Shown piece after piece: positions 10,401-21,168 of a stretch of DNA of 64,000 bases. The position numbers were made by a program, and so were the translations under genes. Under the pieces are notes generated by a model. It did no database searches, was not told the origin of the DNA, and saw only the letters and a program-made list of their open reading frames with translations. This stretch comes from a virus (Duplodnaviria > Caudoviricetes): IMG/VR virus record IMGVR_UViG_3300009692_000017, positions 28,277 to 92,276 of that record; one strand, given 5' to 3'. Position 1 is the stretch's first letter, and each line of letters opens with the position of its first letter.

Positions 10401-11289
10401 CAGTTTTTTCAGTAGATGAGTTGATGACGTTTTTAATGTATAGATCTCTACCATTCATATCTTTGAAATTTGGTATTAAACTAACATCGTAATATGCAAC
10501 AACATTGACCAATCTATCATTAACAAAATCTTGAATATTGGATTTTATCAAACCTTTAGTATTAAAATATGTTCCCCAATATGGATCAGTACTGAGTTTA
10601 ACGTAATCTGTCCAATCACCATAAACCGCCAAAACGCTAATCATATAATCAGAAATATAATCTTTAGGATTCATAAATAGAGGAACTTTATCGGCCCCAT
10701 TATACCAACTCTCCGCTGTAACATCAAATCCTGTTATAGCTGACTTAAACATAAAAAGAGTGAACTTTTTATCTCCCATATTTGTTAAATGGAGAATGTC
10801 ATGGGATGGATCTGGTTGATTAATTGGATTATCGGCAAATTCTTCATCAACAATATCCATAAATGATTCTGTATCTCTTTCCCAGAAATCTTGTCTATTG
10901 AAAAATCTTTCGTATGGAGCCGTATTTTTAGGACCGTTATCATATTGTGAAGAAACTGATATAGATTCCCATTGTAATAGGTCTCTATTAGGATCGGTTT
11001 TTAATAAATTTAAAGCCCAAATTGGTCCTTTTTGTAACATGTCTAATACAGTTCTATGAAAGTAAGACCCTTTATTTTCCAAATTTTTATCAACTGGTCC
11101 ATAAGTCGACTCAAAATCCACAGGACTATCTATTCTAACTGGCTTGTTTATAGGTCCTTTTTTTGAGAAACCAGGTACTAAATTAATCAAAACTTCTTGA
11201 ATCGGTAGTTCAATTATTGATTGATCAATTTCATTAATAAAAATGCCTGGTCGTTTGTATTTACCTAAATCTTTGTTACTTACTGGCAT
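7423..11289 (-). CDS. Tail sheath protein (T4 gp18-like) with large central insertion
   Basis: N-terminal RPGIFINEIDQS...GFSKKGPINKP; C-terminal FNTPEIR...VCDKTNNTDYIID sheath motifs; 1288 aa. Confidence 0.9.
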   Translation of the reverse strand: MPVSNKDLGKYKRPGIFINEIDQSIIELPIQEVLINLVPGFSKKGPINKPVRIDSPVDFESTYGPVDKNLENKGSYFHRTVLDMLQKGPIWALNLLKTDPNRDLLQWESISVSSQYDNGPKNTAPYERFFNRQDFWERDTESFMDIVDEEFADNPINQPDPSHDILHLTNMGDKKFTLFMFKSAITGFDVTAESWYNGADKVPLFMNPKDYISDYMISVLAVYGDWTDYVKLSTDPYWGTYFNTKGLIKSNIQDFVNDRLVNVVAYYDVSLIPNFKDMNGRDLYIKNVINSSTEKTGIFCYYNEDALLNADYPKGAIDLIGSTLVGTDKKSLNFMSYKGTFSEILDYEQTYLDSPGNVFGNYAVNMISTPGWLSGRTAAYTNWYTNIYPELANGVNYNYTYKINAIDSSTGVLTTNTSIVSGTTEIGDVIYFNRSFGIIDSLTPYYIINTGNTSITISGSHDGDPLSGITSSGTTNTFIYSIKNKLIDDVSGYTYQIGETQYQLNSEKIFFSPFVLGSGTSSGTTQSRIDVVYLSTDSSTSHVLTGTASVGTTPSAPNYLLSNENTIILCSIKHTWNDDETTSYYTGVTTTSSGYRYYQSMDDYTILCTTTSTSLILTFQGTSGSTIYSDYDKLRLQKVFAEMESKILLGKSAIINYKNGYKYNIDDNYFIFESTTTENAKIVIYFDGVSYIPADYCNNGKFIIYYVDNEFVLPTGVSAKISTIMTTEKPVYPMTGLGIDFGVAAKYSNFYLGYYNGEINNLDWFYKNNDTGETTNIYYLKMYIDENKNLITQFLLNDPTSDPVQINPLNWPLYDYKLSVHSDKENMKQTLEIENYSSITDLTNTYYIYVDKTRYSEITKGWYLEGYYDTSYYDAPGQGYLNGEQPRKLVKIINTVGDTVNTSLKILYADGPIKIWNNSGSTLTPDYQTTAYKSIDNYFDEYYGVTLDPFVIHPDSIPNGTDARLDSIMSVIDKSTNLAKGLVNKNRITWRYLVDSFGLGLTSNSKQEYVDLCGAKLNCLGFINMPSVRQFKTSINPSFINDDRTINTEYIKEGGNPDLNPNFLYSFGNGVGMSTVGYFFPYVKDVNDNTKFIPPAAKAAKAYMAKFTGELGSSYPWQIIAGPQFSKIKDISATEMRFTNEDLENFYAMGANPIVYSLNRGYNINSESTAQVFPISSLSYMHSREVLIELENRLYDMLLNYHWRFNTPEIRAEIKFRADQICKELLDTNALYDFKNVCDKTNNTDYIIDLQMGVLDTYVEIIKGMGIIVNNITILKKGTISSKGFSPA

Positions 11290-11441
11290 ATTTTTTTAAA
11301 TTATTTTTTATACGTCTAATATATTAGACATATTTTTGTTCTTTTTATACTATATATATTATTACAAAACTCATTTTTTATCAATTTTTGAACTGAGAAA
11401 TAAGAAGATCTCCATCTTTTCAGTTAAAAATGAGAAAATAA

Positions 11442-11470
11442 AAAAACCTATCATTTATTTGATAGGTTTT
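11442..11470 (-). terminator. Intrinsic terminator
   Basis: aaaaacctatca...tgataggttttt inverted repeat just after stop at 11477. Confidence 0.65.
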
Positions 11471-11476
11471 TGATTT

Positions 11477-12106
11477 TTATCCTCTATCTGGCGGCAAATT
11501 AATATCTACATCATTGTGTAATGGATCATCATATCGGACGCGTGTAGAATGTCTTCCGCAGGCTTTGTCTGCGGCTATCTCTTCATCTGATTTTAATCCT
11601 ACTGCCATCTGAAAATGACGTGTTATATCTTCTCCAAAAAGTGTGTCCATTTCTTTTCGAAATTCTATTAATATTTTTTTAACGATAATTTTCTCTTCGT
11701 TTTTTAATGTTTTTATCACTTCTCTTATAAATGAATCATAATACAAAGAGACTGCCGTCATGTCTATAAAATTTACATCGCCCTTTTCTTTTAGGTCATA
11801 CAAACATTGTTTTATTTCTGGGTTTCTCTCTAATATATTGGAGTCAATTGCATCTATTTCTTTCTTATATTTTTTAAGTATTTTGCTCATTTTTATATAT
11901 TTAAACAATCCTTTGAATGGATAATTTTGCCAAGATCGAGACCATCCGCCACCACTTTTGTTACCAGTCCCAAATTTTGCATATCTAGTATTTAACCATA
12001 ATAAAAATATTAAAATTGGAATTGTGCCTAAAGAAACAAATCCTATTATTTCTTCGTTTAACAATTCATCCTGATTAAATTTTTCGTAAGTTTTTAAATT
12101 TTTCAT
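11477..12106 (-). CDS. Hypothetical protein with CTS-like leader and one TM helix
   Basis: MKNLKTYEKFNQDELLNEE then hydrophobic stretch; TTAATATATA at 12130-12139. Confidence 0.6.
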   Translation of the reverse strand: MKNLKTYEKFNQDELLNEEIIGFVSLGTIPILIFLLWLNTRYAKFGTGNKSGGGWSRSWQNYPFKGLFKYIKMSKILKKYKKEIDAIDSNILERNPEIKQCLYDLKEKGDVNFIDMTAVSLYYDSFIREVIKTLKNEEKIIVKKILIEFRKEMDTLFGEDITRHFQMAVGLKSDEEIAADKACGRHSTRVRYDDPLHNDVDINLPPDRG

Positions 12107-12168
12107 ATTTCCGTTTTTTTTTTTAAGGATATATATTAATAAAAAAAATCATTTTTATATATACCAAC

Positions 12169-13098
12169 ATGAGTAAATGTCCTTTCTGTAAAAATAGAAT
12201 AAATCGATATGATGGCGGACATATTTATAGGTGTAATAAAAACATGCATATATGGAACAAAAGGGATGTTAAATATGAATATTTGGTTTATAATTTTCCA
12301 ATTATAAGTAAGAAGAATATTTTGTTTGATGAATATGTAGTTAAAAATAAAAGTCTTCCTGATATAAAAAAAGAATATATTATAAGTTATAGAAATATAT
12401 TATTTTTATTGGATTATTTTGGTATAAAAAAAAGAACTCCGAGTGTTAGTTCGAAACAAATATCAATAAAAAAATACAAAAAAACATGTCTCCAAAAATA
12501 TGGAGTTGATAATGTATCAAAACTACAATCTATAAAAGACGAAAAAAAACATAAAAAATCTTATATAGTTAAAGATAAATATAAATTCGAAAAATTGTAT
12601 AATTTCTTTATTTCTAACGAAATAAATACGATAAATCAAACAGATATAAAAATAAAAAAGGATATTAAAAAATTACGCAAAGAATATTATCATTACTGGT
12701 TGAATTTAAACGACGAACAAAAAGATTACATGATAAGTAAAAAATCTTTTTTAGAATCACGATTATCTTCATGTTTAGATAATTTGAACATAACATATAT
12801 TAAAAGATTTATGATCGGTGGAAAATTTTTCGATTTTAAAATTAATAATTCATATTTATTAATAGATGTAAATAGTGATTTCTGGCACGCAAATCCTTCA
12901 ATTTATAAAGAAAATGATAAACTTAATTTTCCATTTGGCAAAATTAAGGCAAAAATAATATGGAATAGAGATAAATATAAACTAGAAATATCTGAAAGTT
13001 ATGGATATAAATTAATATATATATGGGAACAAGATATAAAAGATCTAAACGATTTTGAATTAATTCAATATATAATAGATAAATTGGAAAATCGATAA
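12169..13098 (+). CDS. Homing endonuclease-like protein (Zn finger + KTCLQKYG + Vsr-like domain, possibly degenerate)
   Basis: CPFC..H...C; FFDFKI...IDVNSDFWHANP...YIWEQD, where the usual EvnGdyWH reads DVNSDFWH. Confidence 0.6.
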   Translation: MSKCPFCKNRINRYDGGHIYRCNKNMHIWNKRDVKYEYLVYNFPIISKKNILFDEYVVKNKSLPDIKKEYIISYRNILFLLDYFGIKKRTPSVSSKQISIKKYKKTCLQKYGVDNVSKLQSIKDEKKHKKSYIVKDKYKFEKLYNFFISNEINTINQTDIKIKKDIKKLRKEYYHYWLNLNDEQKDYMISKKSFLESRLSSCLDNLNITYIKRFMIGGKFFDFKINNSYLLIDVNSDFWHANPSIYKENDKLNFPFGKIKAKIIWNRDKYKLEISESYGYKLIYIWEQDIKDLNDFELIQYIIDKLENR

Positions 13099-13106
13099 TA
13101 AATAAA

Positions 13107-13727
13107 ATGAAACGTAAATACCCAAGAACTTGGCATTTGCCAGGATCTCCAGGATGTACATCAGATGATAAAATACATAAAGATATTACTTTTTTTGATG
13201 GAAAAGAGATTGTTATTAGTGAAAAGATGGACGGTGAGTCTTGTACAATGATGTCTGATTGTATATATGCCAGATCACCAGATTCGCAAGATCACCCTTC
13301 GCGTCATTGGGTTAAAGGATTATGGGGGAAAATAAGATATAATATACCACCCGATTGGAAAATTTGTGGAGAAAATTTATATGCCGCACATTCTTTACAT
13401 TATAAAAATCTACCGACGTATTTTATGGTATTTTCAATATGGGATGAAAATGATGTTTGTTTATCATGGGACGATACTGTTACTTTTTGTGATTTTCTTG
13501 AATTAGAACACGTTCCTGTTTTATGGAGAGGAAATTATGATGAAGATTTTATTAAAAATTTTAAAATAAATACTGAAACTCAAGAAGGATTCGTTATCAG
13601 ATTGGCTGATAGTTTTCATTTTAATGATTTTGAAAAATCAGTTGTTAAATGGGTTAGAAAAAATCATGTTATATCAGATGATCATTGGATGTATAAAAAA
13701 ATAATACCCAATGAATTAAAACCATAA
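13107..13727 (+). CDS. RNA ligase family nucleotidyltransferase
   Basis: KYPRTWHLPGSPG, EKMDGE (KxDG motif I), GENLYA, EGFVIR, KWVR. Confidence 0.85.
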   Translation: MKRKYPRTWHLPGSPGCTSDDKIHKDITFFDGKEIVISEKMDGESCTMMSDCIYARSPDSQDHPSRHWVKGLWGKIRYNIPPDWKICGENLYAAHSLHYKNLPTYFMVFSIWDENDVCLSWDDTVTFCDFLELEHVPVLWRGNYDEDFIKNFKINTETQEGFVIRLADSFHFNDFEKSVVKWVRKNHVISDDHWMYKKIIPNELKP

Positions 13728-13784
13728 AAATATCTTGGCATAATAATTGTTGTTAATAATATTAAAAAAAAAAATAAAAAATTT

Positions 13785-14879
13785 ATGAAAAAGTTATTTT
13801 ATTTACTGTGTGCTTTGACTTTAATATCTTGTGCACCTAAACCAAATAAAGCAATAGTTGGAAATTCAGAATATAAACATGTTTATATAGACAGTAAATC
13901 CCATTCATATTTAGTCGATGATAATGAAAACATAGTCGATGTAGATAGTTTTTCATATACAAATAAATCAAATAAAACGTATTATGATGAATATTTATTC
14001 AACCAAAATGATAGTAATGACTGTATAAATAATATAAATATAACTATTTACCCGAGTTATCCTATTGATAATTGGTATACTACACCTTATTATGGATATT
14101 CATATTACTCATATTATGGTTTTAATTTCGGATATTGGCCTTATTATCCATATTCTTCTTTATATTATTATAATTTTGGTTGGCCTTATTATTATCCTTA
14201 TTATTATCCTTATTATTTTTATCCATATCATTACCCATATTATTATGGACATAGATATCCTCATCAATATTTTCCTCACCAAGGATTGAACACATATCAT
14301 GATCGAAGATATTCTAATGACGGATTTCCCATTAAAAATAATAGAAATATTCAAAATAAAACTAAAGATTATATAAAACAAAGAACAAATGCCCCGAAAT
14401 ATAATAGAGAAACAATTCAAAATTATTCTTCACAATCATATAGAAAATCCAAAAGCAGTAAGGAATATCATTCACCGAAGAATTCGATGTATAATCAAAG
14501 AGGGAAAACTATAAATAATGAAAGAATCAATTCTTCAAATTCGGTGCAGAGATCATCAATACAAAGAACCAATGGTCAAAATGGAAATCCAGCATATAGA
14601 TCAAACCCAACGCAAAGAACAACTGGTCAAACTATAAATCCAGCATATAGATCAAACTCAATGCAAAGAACAACTAATAGACAAAATCCAGCATATATTG
14701 AACAAAGAAGTGGTTCTAGTAGATCATATTCAACACCATATTCTACTCCCAGCAGAATTAATTCAGGAGCATCTTATTCGACACCTAGAAATTCACCTAG
14801 TAATTTTGGAGGTGGAGGAATGAGACATAGTAGTGGAATGGGAGGTGGAGGAACAAAAAGTTCTGGAGGTAGAAGATAA
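13785..14879 (+). CDS. Bacteroidota-type lipoprotein with Tyr-rich core and Ser/Arg/Gly-rich tail
   Basis: Signal peptide with lipobox LISC; YYPYYYPYY tract; NPAYRSN repeats; GGGG..SSGGRR end. Confidence 0.65.
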   Translation: MKKLFYLLCALTLISCAPKPNKAIVGNSEYKHVYIDSKSHSYLVDDNENIVDVDSFSYTNKSNKTYYDEYLFNQNDSNDCINNINITIYPSYPIDNWYTTPYYGYSYYSYYGFNFGYWPYYPYSSLYYYNFGWPYYYPYYYPYYFYPYHYPYYYGHRYPHQYFPHQGLNTYHDRRYSNDGFPIKNNRNIQNKTKDYIKQRTNAPKYNRETIQNYSSQSYRKSKSSKEYHSPKNSMYNQRGKTINNERINSSNSVQRSSIQRTNGQNGNPAYRSNPTQRTTGQTINPAYRSNSMQRTTNRQNPAYIEQRSGSSRSYSTPYSTPSRINSGASYSTPRNSPSNFGGGGMRHSSGMGGGGTKSSGGRR

Positions 14880-14887
14880 ATACTATA

Positions 14888-16273
14888 TTAAAATTCAGCA
14901 TTTTTTGGTGTTCTGGGGAATGGTATTACATCCCGGATGTTTGACATTCCAGTAACAAAAAGCATAAGACGTTCCAAACCAAGGCCGAATCCGGAATGAG
15001 GAACAGTTCCAAATTTTCTTGTGTCTATGTACCACCATAGTTCTTTTTCTGATATATTTAATTCTTTAATACGTTCAATTAATAATTCGAGTCTTTCTTC
15101 TCTTTGACTACCACCGATAATTTCTCCAATTTTTGGAAAAAGAATGTCCATTGCCCTGACTGTTTTTCCGTCATCGTTTATTCTCATGTAAAAAGCTTTA
15201 ATATTTTTTGGATATTCCGTTAAAATAACAGGTTTTCCAAAATGATCGACTAGATAACATTCGTGTTCTGATTTTAAATCATCGCCCCATTCTATTGGAA
15301 ATTCCCATTTTTGGTTTGATGATTTAAGAATATTAATAGCATTAGTGTAAGTTAATCTTTGAAAATTTTCTGAAAAAACGTTTTGTAATCTATTAATTAA
15401 TTCTTTATCATACATGTCATTTAGAAATTGAATATCATCATAACAATTGTCGATTATGTATTTTATCAAGAATTTAAGAAAATCTTCGGCTAAATCCATG
15501 TTATCATTTATATCATAAAATGCCATTTCTGGTTCAATCATCCAGAATTCGGCTAGATGTCTATGAGTATTTGAATTTTCAGCTCGAAATGTTGGTCCAA
15601 ATGTATATACTTGTGATAAAGACATCGCTGCTAGTTCAGCTTCAAGTTGTCCACTTACAGTCAATTTTGTTTTTTTTCCAAAAAAATCCTGACTGTAATC
15701 AACATCACCATTTTTCATAAGGGGAATATTTTTTTCATCAAATGTTGTTACACGAAACATTTCACCGGCTCCTTCAGCATCAGAACCTGTTATAATTGGT
15801 GTATGAATGTAAAAGAAACCGTGATCATTAAAATATTTATGTATGGCGTATGATATAGAGTGACGAATTCTTAAAATAGCACCAAATGTATTTGTACGAA
15901 ATCTGAGATGTGAAATTTCACGAAGAAATTCCAAGGAGTGCCCTTTTTTTTGGAGGGGATATGTATTTGGATCAGCAGAACCGTAAATTTCTATTTTATC
16001 TGCTTGTATTTCAACTTTTTGTTTATAACCATCAGATTCGACCAATTTTCCTATTACAGAAATAGAACTGCCTGTTGTAATATTTTTCAAAATATCGTGA
16101 GAAAATTTCGCAATATCAATAACGATTTGTATATTTTTTAATGTTGAACCGTCGTTTAAAGAAATAAAGATAATATTTTTATTTTCTCTTTTTGTGCGAA
16201 CCCAACCTTTAACTATTATTAATTTTTCAAATTCTTTTGATTTTAGTAAATCGACAATTCTTATATATTTCAT
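14888..16273 (-). CDS. asnS: Asparagine--tRNA ligase
   Basis: [71 protein letters not shown]; full length. Confidence 0.97.
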   Translation of the reverse strand: MKYIRIVDLLKSKEFEKLIIVKGWVRTKRENKNIIFISLNDGSTLKNIQIVIDIAKFSHDILKNITTGSSISVIGKLVESDGYKQKVEIQADKIEIYGSADPNTYPLQKKGHSLEFLREISHLRFRTNTFGAILRIRHSISYAIHKYFNDHGFFYIHTPIITGSDAEGAGEMFRVTTFDEKNIPLMKNGDVDYSQDFFGKKTKLTVSGQLEAELAAMSLSQVYTFGPTFRAENSNTHRHLAEFWMIEPEMAFYDINDNMDLAEDFLKFLIKYIIDNCYDDIQFLNDMYDKELINRLQNVFSENFQRLTYTNAINILKSSNQKWEFPIEWGDDLKSEHECYLVDHFGKPVILTEYPKNIKAFYMRINDDGKTVRAMDILFPKIGEIIGGSQREERLELLIERIKELNISEKELWWYIDTRKFGTVPHSGFGLGLERLMLFVTGMSNIRDVIPFPRTPKNAEF

Positions 16274-16583
16274 TATTTTTTATTAATTTTTTATTATATT
16301 ATATTCTTAATATTTAAGTTTTGTTTAATAAAAAATTGAAATTTAGTTATTGGACTCTAATAAAAGAATATATAATAAAAAAAAACAAATCATGTCCAGT
16401 GCATATACTTATATTTTTGATGATAATGAATGTAACAGAGATTTGATTATAAAACAAATATCAATTTCTAAAATTTGAATGATTAAAAATAACATTTTAT
16501 AAATATAAATTCTTGTCAAATTTGGCTATATGAAAAATAGAATAGATGATTTTTTATATATAAACTAAAAGAAATTATAAAAA

Positions 16584-18776
16584 ATGGCTTCAAAAAAATA
16601 TATTAGTTTAGATAATAATATTTTATTAGAATGGGAATATGATAGCACAAATGTAAGTGAAAATTATCAAATATGGTCTGACTTATCAAAAGGTTCAAGA
16701 AATTTTATTTCTACTACCAATATAAACAATGTTGATCATAGTTTGTTTGTGATTGATACTGCTCAGAAAAAATTTAGCAAAGTTGATCCAACCAAATTTA
16801 ATTTTTTGAAAATTCAAAATTATCACACTGCTCCGATATCGTATGATAAAGTCACATTATATTTCCCTAACGACTATAATTTTGGAGTATATTATGGATT
16901 TCTTTTAAAAATATCATCATATGATATTTTTAATCGTAATAAATATCAATTATCTAATTACTACTACGACAAATCTCAAATACAAACGATAAACAATAAT
17001 ATAGAATATGCCGACTCATTAATTTCTTTGGGTATTCCTTTCATGTACAATCAAAAAGAATGGAGTAAATATATTAGTTTTTATGTGCCCAGTGTCTATA
17101 ATGTTGCTATTGATAGAATAATAAGTGAAAATGTTAATAAGGTCACACCGAACAGTATAAATGATTATTTAACTAATGGAGTTGGATTAAGTTCCACTTC
17201 ACCAATATATTTGGAATTTTCTTTCATAACATCTAAACAAGTAGTTTTTGATATACCGTATTATTATATGGGTGATATTATAAAAACATCAATAACTTCA
17301 CAAACCGAATATCAAGATTTAGGTGTTATTATTCAGGAATCTACTCAAGGAGATTTTTTTGAAATTTATGGATATTATAACAATTCATCTGGAAATATAC
17401 AAAACTTCGTAAAAGAAATCGAAGATAAAGGAGGTAGAGTAAATATTGAATATATAGTAACTTTATACGAAGAAAACATTAGTACTTTCCCTATAACATT
17501 TTTAGTTACTGACAATTTTGATCAAAAAATAGAATATCGTCCAATTATAAAATATTCAAATACAACAGCGGCTATTGATGTTGAAATGAAAATTATTAAT
17601 TTAGTTGATAATGTTAGTTATAGTAGATTCGCTAGTGTAGGATTGACTACAAATTTATTAAAATATGGTAAAAAATTATCAAAACTAGATGTCGGAAATT
17701 TATATAGTCCAAAAATTTATAATTATAAATATGATAAAACTTATGATAATTTAAAAACCAGTTCTAATGTAACTGATGTTAATATAATAAAAGTACCTTT
17801 TCCTATTCTAATAGACCTATACAAAATTTTAGCAAATAATTATAATCCCAATATTTCTAGTGATTATAAAAGTATGGGATTATTGAATATAATATTAACA
17901 CCATTCGATAATATTATAAAATTTCAAATAGCTAAACAAGATACTCCTAACGGACCAATAATTCCTTATAATTTGAGTGAGATATTATTAAATTCAAAAT
18001 TAAATCTATCTTTTGTTTCAGATACAAAGAATATAGAAAAGGACGTTTATTATCAAACAGATGAAAATAAATTCGATAAAGGTATAGTTGTTTTTAAAGT
18101 AAATCAAGAAGACATACCTATATTGAAACAAATGAATAAAGAAAAATCTGATAATTTTTATATAATTCTAACATCTAATAAAACAAAAACTCTTTTATAT
18201 TCCGGAAAATTTAAAATATTTGAAAATTTGAAATTTTTGGCGACTACAAACGTTTTAACTGGAACAACAATAACATCAGCAGATAATACATTAGCTAATT
18301 ACACATCCACTTCAACAACAAATCAAACAAACAATACATCGTCAAATAACGAAATAATAACAGCTATATCTAGTTCTGCAGCTGGGTTGAATGCAATTGT
18401 CCCGCCGCAGTTCGACTCCAATGGGATTCCAATAATACAAAGCGATTCTGTGACTTTTTTGGATTATTATAGAAATTTAATATTATGGTTAAAAGCAGGT
18501 ATTACTGAAGAACAGATTAATGAAGTAATTAACAATTTGAATAATATTGGAGTTAATTTTAATTACGCTTATCAAACCCCAACGTCAACAGGACCGACAA
18601 TAATAGTATTGGAACAAGTAGAAGTAGAGAAAATTCAAAAAATAAATTTAATTCCAAATATTGTTAATATAAAGGAATTAAGATTGGATTTCGGTTGGAA
18701 AAAAACTTCAGATAAAATATACGACTTTAATCAATTCGAAACTCTAATTACTGGTACTACTACAGCAGTCAATTAA
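16584..18776 (+). CDS. Large putative virion structural protein
   Basis: 730 aa, beta-rich composition, TTTATATATA motif upstream; family not recognised. Confidence 0.5.
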   Translation: MASKKYISLDNNILLEWEYDSTNVSENYQIWSDLSKGSRNFISTTNINNVDHSLFVIDTAQKKFSKVDPTKFNFLKIQNYHTAPISYDKVTLYFPNDYNFGVYYGFLLKISSYDIFNRNKYQLSNYYYDKSQIQTINNNIEYADSLISLGIPFMYNQKEWSKYISFYVPSVYNVAIDRIISENVNKVTPNSINDYLTNGVGLSSTSPIYLEFSFITSKQVVFDIPYYYMGDIIKTSITSQTEYQDLGVIIQESTQGDFFEIYGYYNNSSGNIQNFVKEIEDKGGRVNIEYIVTLYEENISTFPITFLVTDNFDQKIEYRPIIKYSNTTAAIDVEMKIINLVDNVSYSRFASVGLTTNLLKYGKKLSKLDVGNLYSPKIYNYKYDKTYDNLKTSSNVTDVNIIKVPFPILIDLYKILANNYNPNISSDYKSMGLLNIILTPFDNIIKFQIAKQDTPNGPIIPYNLSEILLNSKLNLSFVSDTKNIEKDVYYQTDENKFDKGIVVFKVNQEDIPILKQMNKEKSDNFYIILTSNKTKTLLYSGKFKIFENLKFLATTNVLTGTTITSADNTLANYTSTSTTNQTNNTSSNNEIITAISSSAAGLNAIVPPQFDSNGIPIIQSDSVTFLDYYRNLILWLKAGITEEQINEVINNLNNIGVNFNYAYQTPTSTGPTIIVLEQVEVEKIQKINLIPNIVNIKELRLDFGWKKTSDKIYDFNQFETLITGTTTAVN

Positions 18777-18780
18777 AATA

Positions 18781-19725
18781 TTAAGTTTTTCCAATATATA
18801 AACCGTTTCTAAAATATAAAGTCCATGTGCCTCCACCATCTTTAGCTACAACAATATTTTCAGTGATTCCAAAATCTATCATGCTAGAAACAAAGGATAT
18901 TAAATATTCCTTACCGATCGTCATTGCACCATTAGCAGAATATGTTGTGAAACCACTCAATTTATATCCTGTACTACCAATTGTCGTTGTATCTCCAGAA
19001 TGTACTAAATACATTCCAAAAACTGATTGATCGTATCTTTCTTCAATCTTCAAAATTCCAGTTGTAGTCATCCATGAATTTATCCAATTATTTAACAAAG
19101 AACCATCGGCATCATATTTATTTATTGTTATTTGTGTCAATATACCGAAAATTGTATCATTCGAATTTATTTTACCATTCGATGGTATCGGATTCATGCC
19201 ATCATATATCCATCTACGTGTAGCGCATCCATAACCTCCATTTAATCCATCTATTCCTGAAGACCCAGAAGGTCCATTAGTCCCAGATGTGCCATTTATA
19301 CCGGAAGACCCATTCGCACCAGAACTACCAGACGTTCCAGATGATCCAGAACTACCAGAAGAACCAGATTCACCATTAGAACCGCTTTTACCGGAAGAAC
19401 CATTTATACCTGAACTACCAGACATTCCAGATGAACCATCTATTCCCGAAGTCCCATCATTACCAGATGTCCCAGATATACCATTTTTTCCGGAAGTACC
19501 AGATGTTCCTGATCTACCAGAAGAACCGTAAAACCAACCATCAACGCCAGATGAGCCAGATGTTGATCCTGATGTTGAACCAGTATCACTAAATATCAAA
19601 TAATACCATTCACAATCATTTTTCTTCTCCCAATAACCACTTCCATTTCTACCGAAATAAATAAATCCATATTCTGGACAACCAATGTCCCACGGATTTA
19701 TTAATTGTATTTTACTAAAACTCAT
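18781..19725 (-). CDS. Gly-x-Ser triplet repeat fibre-like protein
   Basis: (GTS/GSS)n tract; N-terminus MSFSKIQLINP shared with 19732..21048. Confidence 0.7.
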   Translation of the reverse strand: MSFSKIQLINPWDIGCPEYGFIYFGRNGSGYWEKKNDCEWYYLIFSDTGSTSGSTSGSSGVDGWFYGSSGRSGTSGTSGKNGISGTSGNDGTSGIDGSSGMSGSSGINGSSGKSGSNGESGSSGSSGSSGTSGSSGANGSSGINGTSGTNGPSGSSGIDGLNGGYGCATRRWIYDGMNPIPSNGKINSNDTIFGILTQITINKYDADGSLLNNWINSWMTTTGILKIEERYDQSVFGMYLVHSGDTTTIGSTGYKLSGFTTYSANGAMTIGKEYLISFVSSMIDFGITENIVVAKDGGGTWTLYFRNGLYIGKT

Positions 19726-19731
19726 TAAATT

Positions 19732-21048
19732 TTATATTATTTTTATTGATGTCTTGCAATTCCATAATCCTCCCCCGGACACGTTAAACAAAATTTGAAT
19801 ATTACTACCGTTCATATTAACAATTATTGATGCATTAGTCACGTTTCCTCCCACTTCAACGTATGTATTTCCAGTGTAATTTAAATTTGTACTATTCCAA
19901 ACCGATATTATATTCCCAGCTTTTAATGTTTCACCACTAGATATATAATAATCCAAAAATAGGGAACTACCATTTGATTTAGGAAAAGATGATATAATAA
20001 AATTCCCAAAAGTTGCTCCTGTTATTGAAGATTGATAAATCTCACTGATACCTGAACTTCCATCTTTTCCGCTACTACCGCTAGATCCACTTATTCCACT
20101 AGATCCAGTTATTCCACTAGTACCACTTGTTCCTCCTCTTCCACTAGTACCACCGGTTCCTCCTCTTCCACTGGTACCACTTGTCCCAGAAGATCCATTT
20201 ATACTAATTCCAGAAGAACCTGAAGTACCGTCTATACCTTTTCCACTAGGCACAAAAGAAATTAAATAACTTTTATTTAAAATAGTGTTTCCGCTTGCAC
20301 TATATGAAGTAAAACCACTTATTTGATGTATAAAAATAGCCGGATAATCCGAAGTATTTATTGTTTGTCCTGATATAATATCATACAACCCGAAATAACA
20401 CAAATTATCAAATGATTCTATTTTCAATATACCACTTTTCCAATTCTCTAACCATTCACTAACATAGGTATCATCAGCGTCCCAATCATTCAATCTTAAA
20501 TATGTGATATCTTTTAAATCACCAAATGATGCATTAAAAACCCCCTTTATTGAAGGATCAGTGCCATAAATCCATCTTCTTGCTGATCCACCGTAACCTC
20601 CACTAAAACCGGAAGAACCACTACTACCATAAAAATTGCCATCTTTACCGGATGAACCGGAAGAACCAGCAATTCCTGATGATCCACTACTACCAGAACT
20701 TCCAGTATTCCCGCTAGTTCCATTAGAACCAGATTTTCCACTAGAACCACTTTCACCTGAAGAACCATCTAATCCAGAAGTTCCATCTTCACCAGATGTC
20801 CCTGAAGTGCCTGCTTTTCCAGATGTTCCTGAAGTTCCAGATTTCCCAGATGATCCATAAAAAGAACCGTCAATACCAGATGATCCTGACGTTGATCCAG
20901 ATCCAATTTCGACCCATGTGATGTAACTAATATAGCAATTCGATGTTTTTTCCCAATACCCTAAATTATCTCTTCCGAAATAAATATATCCCGATTCAGG
21001 ACAACCAATATCCATTGGATTTATTAATTGTATTTTACTAAAACTCAC
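19732..21048 (-). CDS. Gly-x-Ser triplet repeat fibre-like protein (paralog, two repeat tracts)
   Basis: Same N-terminal and RRWIY domains as neighbour, plus a second GTS tract and an extra C-terminal domain. Confidence 0.7.
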   Translation of the reverse strand: MSFSKIQLINPMDIGCPESGYIYFGRDNLGYWEKTSNCYISYITWVEIGSGSTSGSSGIDGSFYGSSGKSGTSGTSGKAGTSGTSGEDGTSGLDGSSGESGSSGKSGSNGTSGNTGSSGSSGSSGIAGSSGSSGKDGNFYGSSGSSGFSGGYGGSARRWIYGTDPSIKGVFNASFGDLKDITYLRLNDWDADDTYVSEWLENWKSGILKIESFDNLCYFGLYDIISGQTINTSDYPAIFIHQISGFTSYSASGNTILNKSYLISFVPSGKGIDGTSGSSGISINGSSGTSGTSGRGGTGGTSGRGGTSGTSGITGSSGISGSSGSSGKDGSSGISEIYQSSITGATFGNFIISSFPKSNGSSLFLDYYISSGETLKAGNIISVWNSTNLNYTGNTYVEVGGNVTNASIIVNMNGSNIQILFNVSGGGLWNCKTSIKII

Positions 21049-21168
21049 TTATAAATCATTTTATTCCTATATATAAAAAATAAAATAGTATAAATAGTAT
21101 TAGTCAAATAAATTAAACAAAACATATTTTTTTATAATATAAAATGTGACAAAAAATAATAAAAATGA

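Noticed and set aside
7423-11289. Intein or intron explaining the long sheath, or the inserts in thyA
   Set aside because: No intein terminal motifs or LAGLIDADG blocks seen and reading frames are continuous; the thyA inserts are short and in variable regions.
11477-11540. DDPLHND (and EDPEDDSF in 48039..48338) as extra copies of the tag
   Set aside because: Lack the Tyr, EE and Trp positions; not counted.
16330-16560. Short ORF fragments between asnS and 16584
   Set aside because: Under 30 aa with no recognisable motif; cannot be supported as genes.
19289-20860. Plus-strand Pro/Glu/Asp-rich ORFs (19289..19531, 20636..20860)
   Set aside because: Antisense shadows of the Gly-x-Ser repeats.
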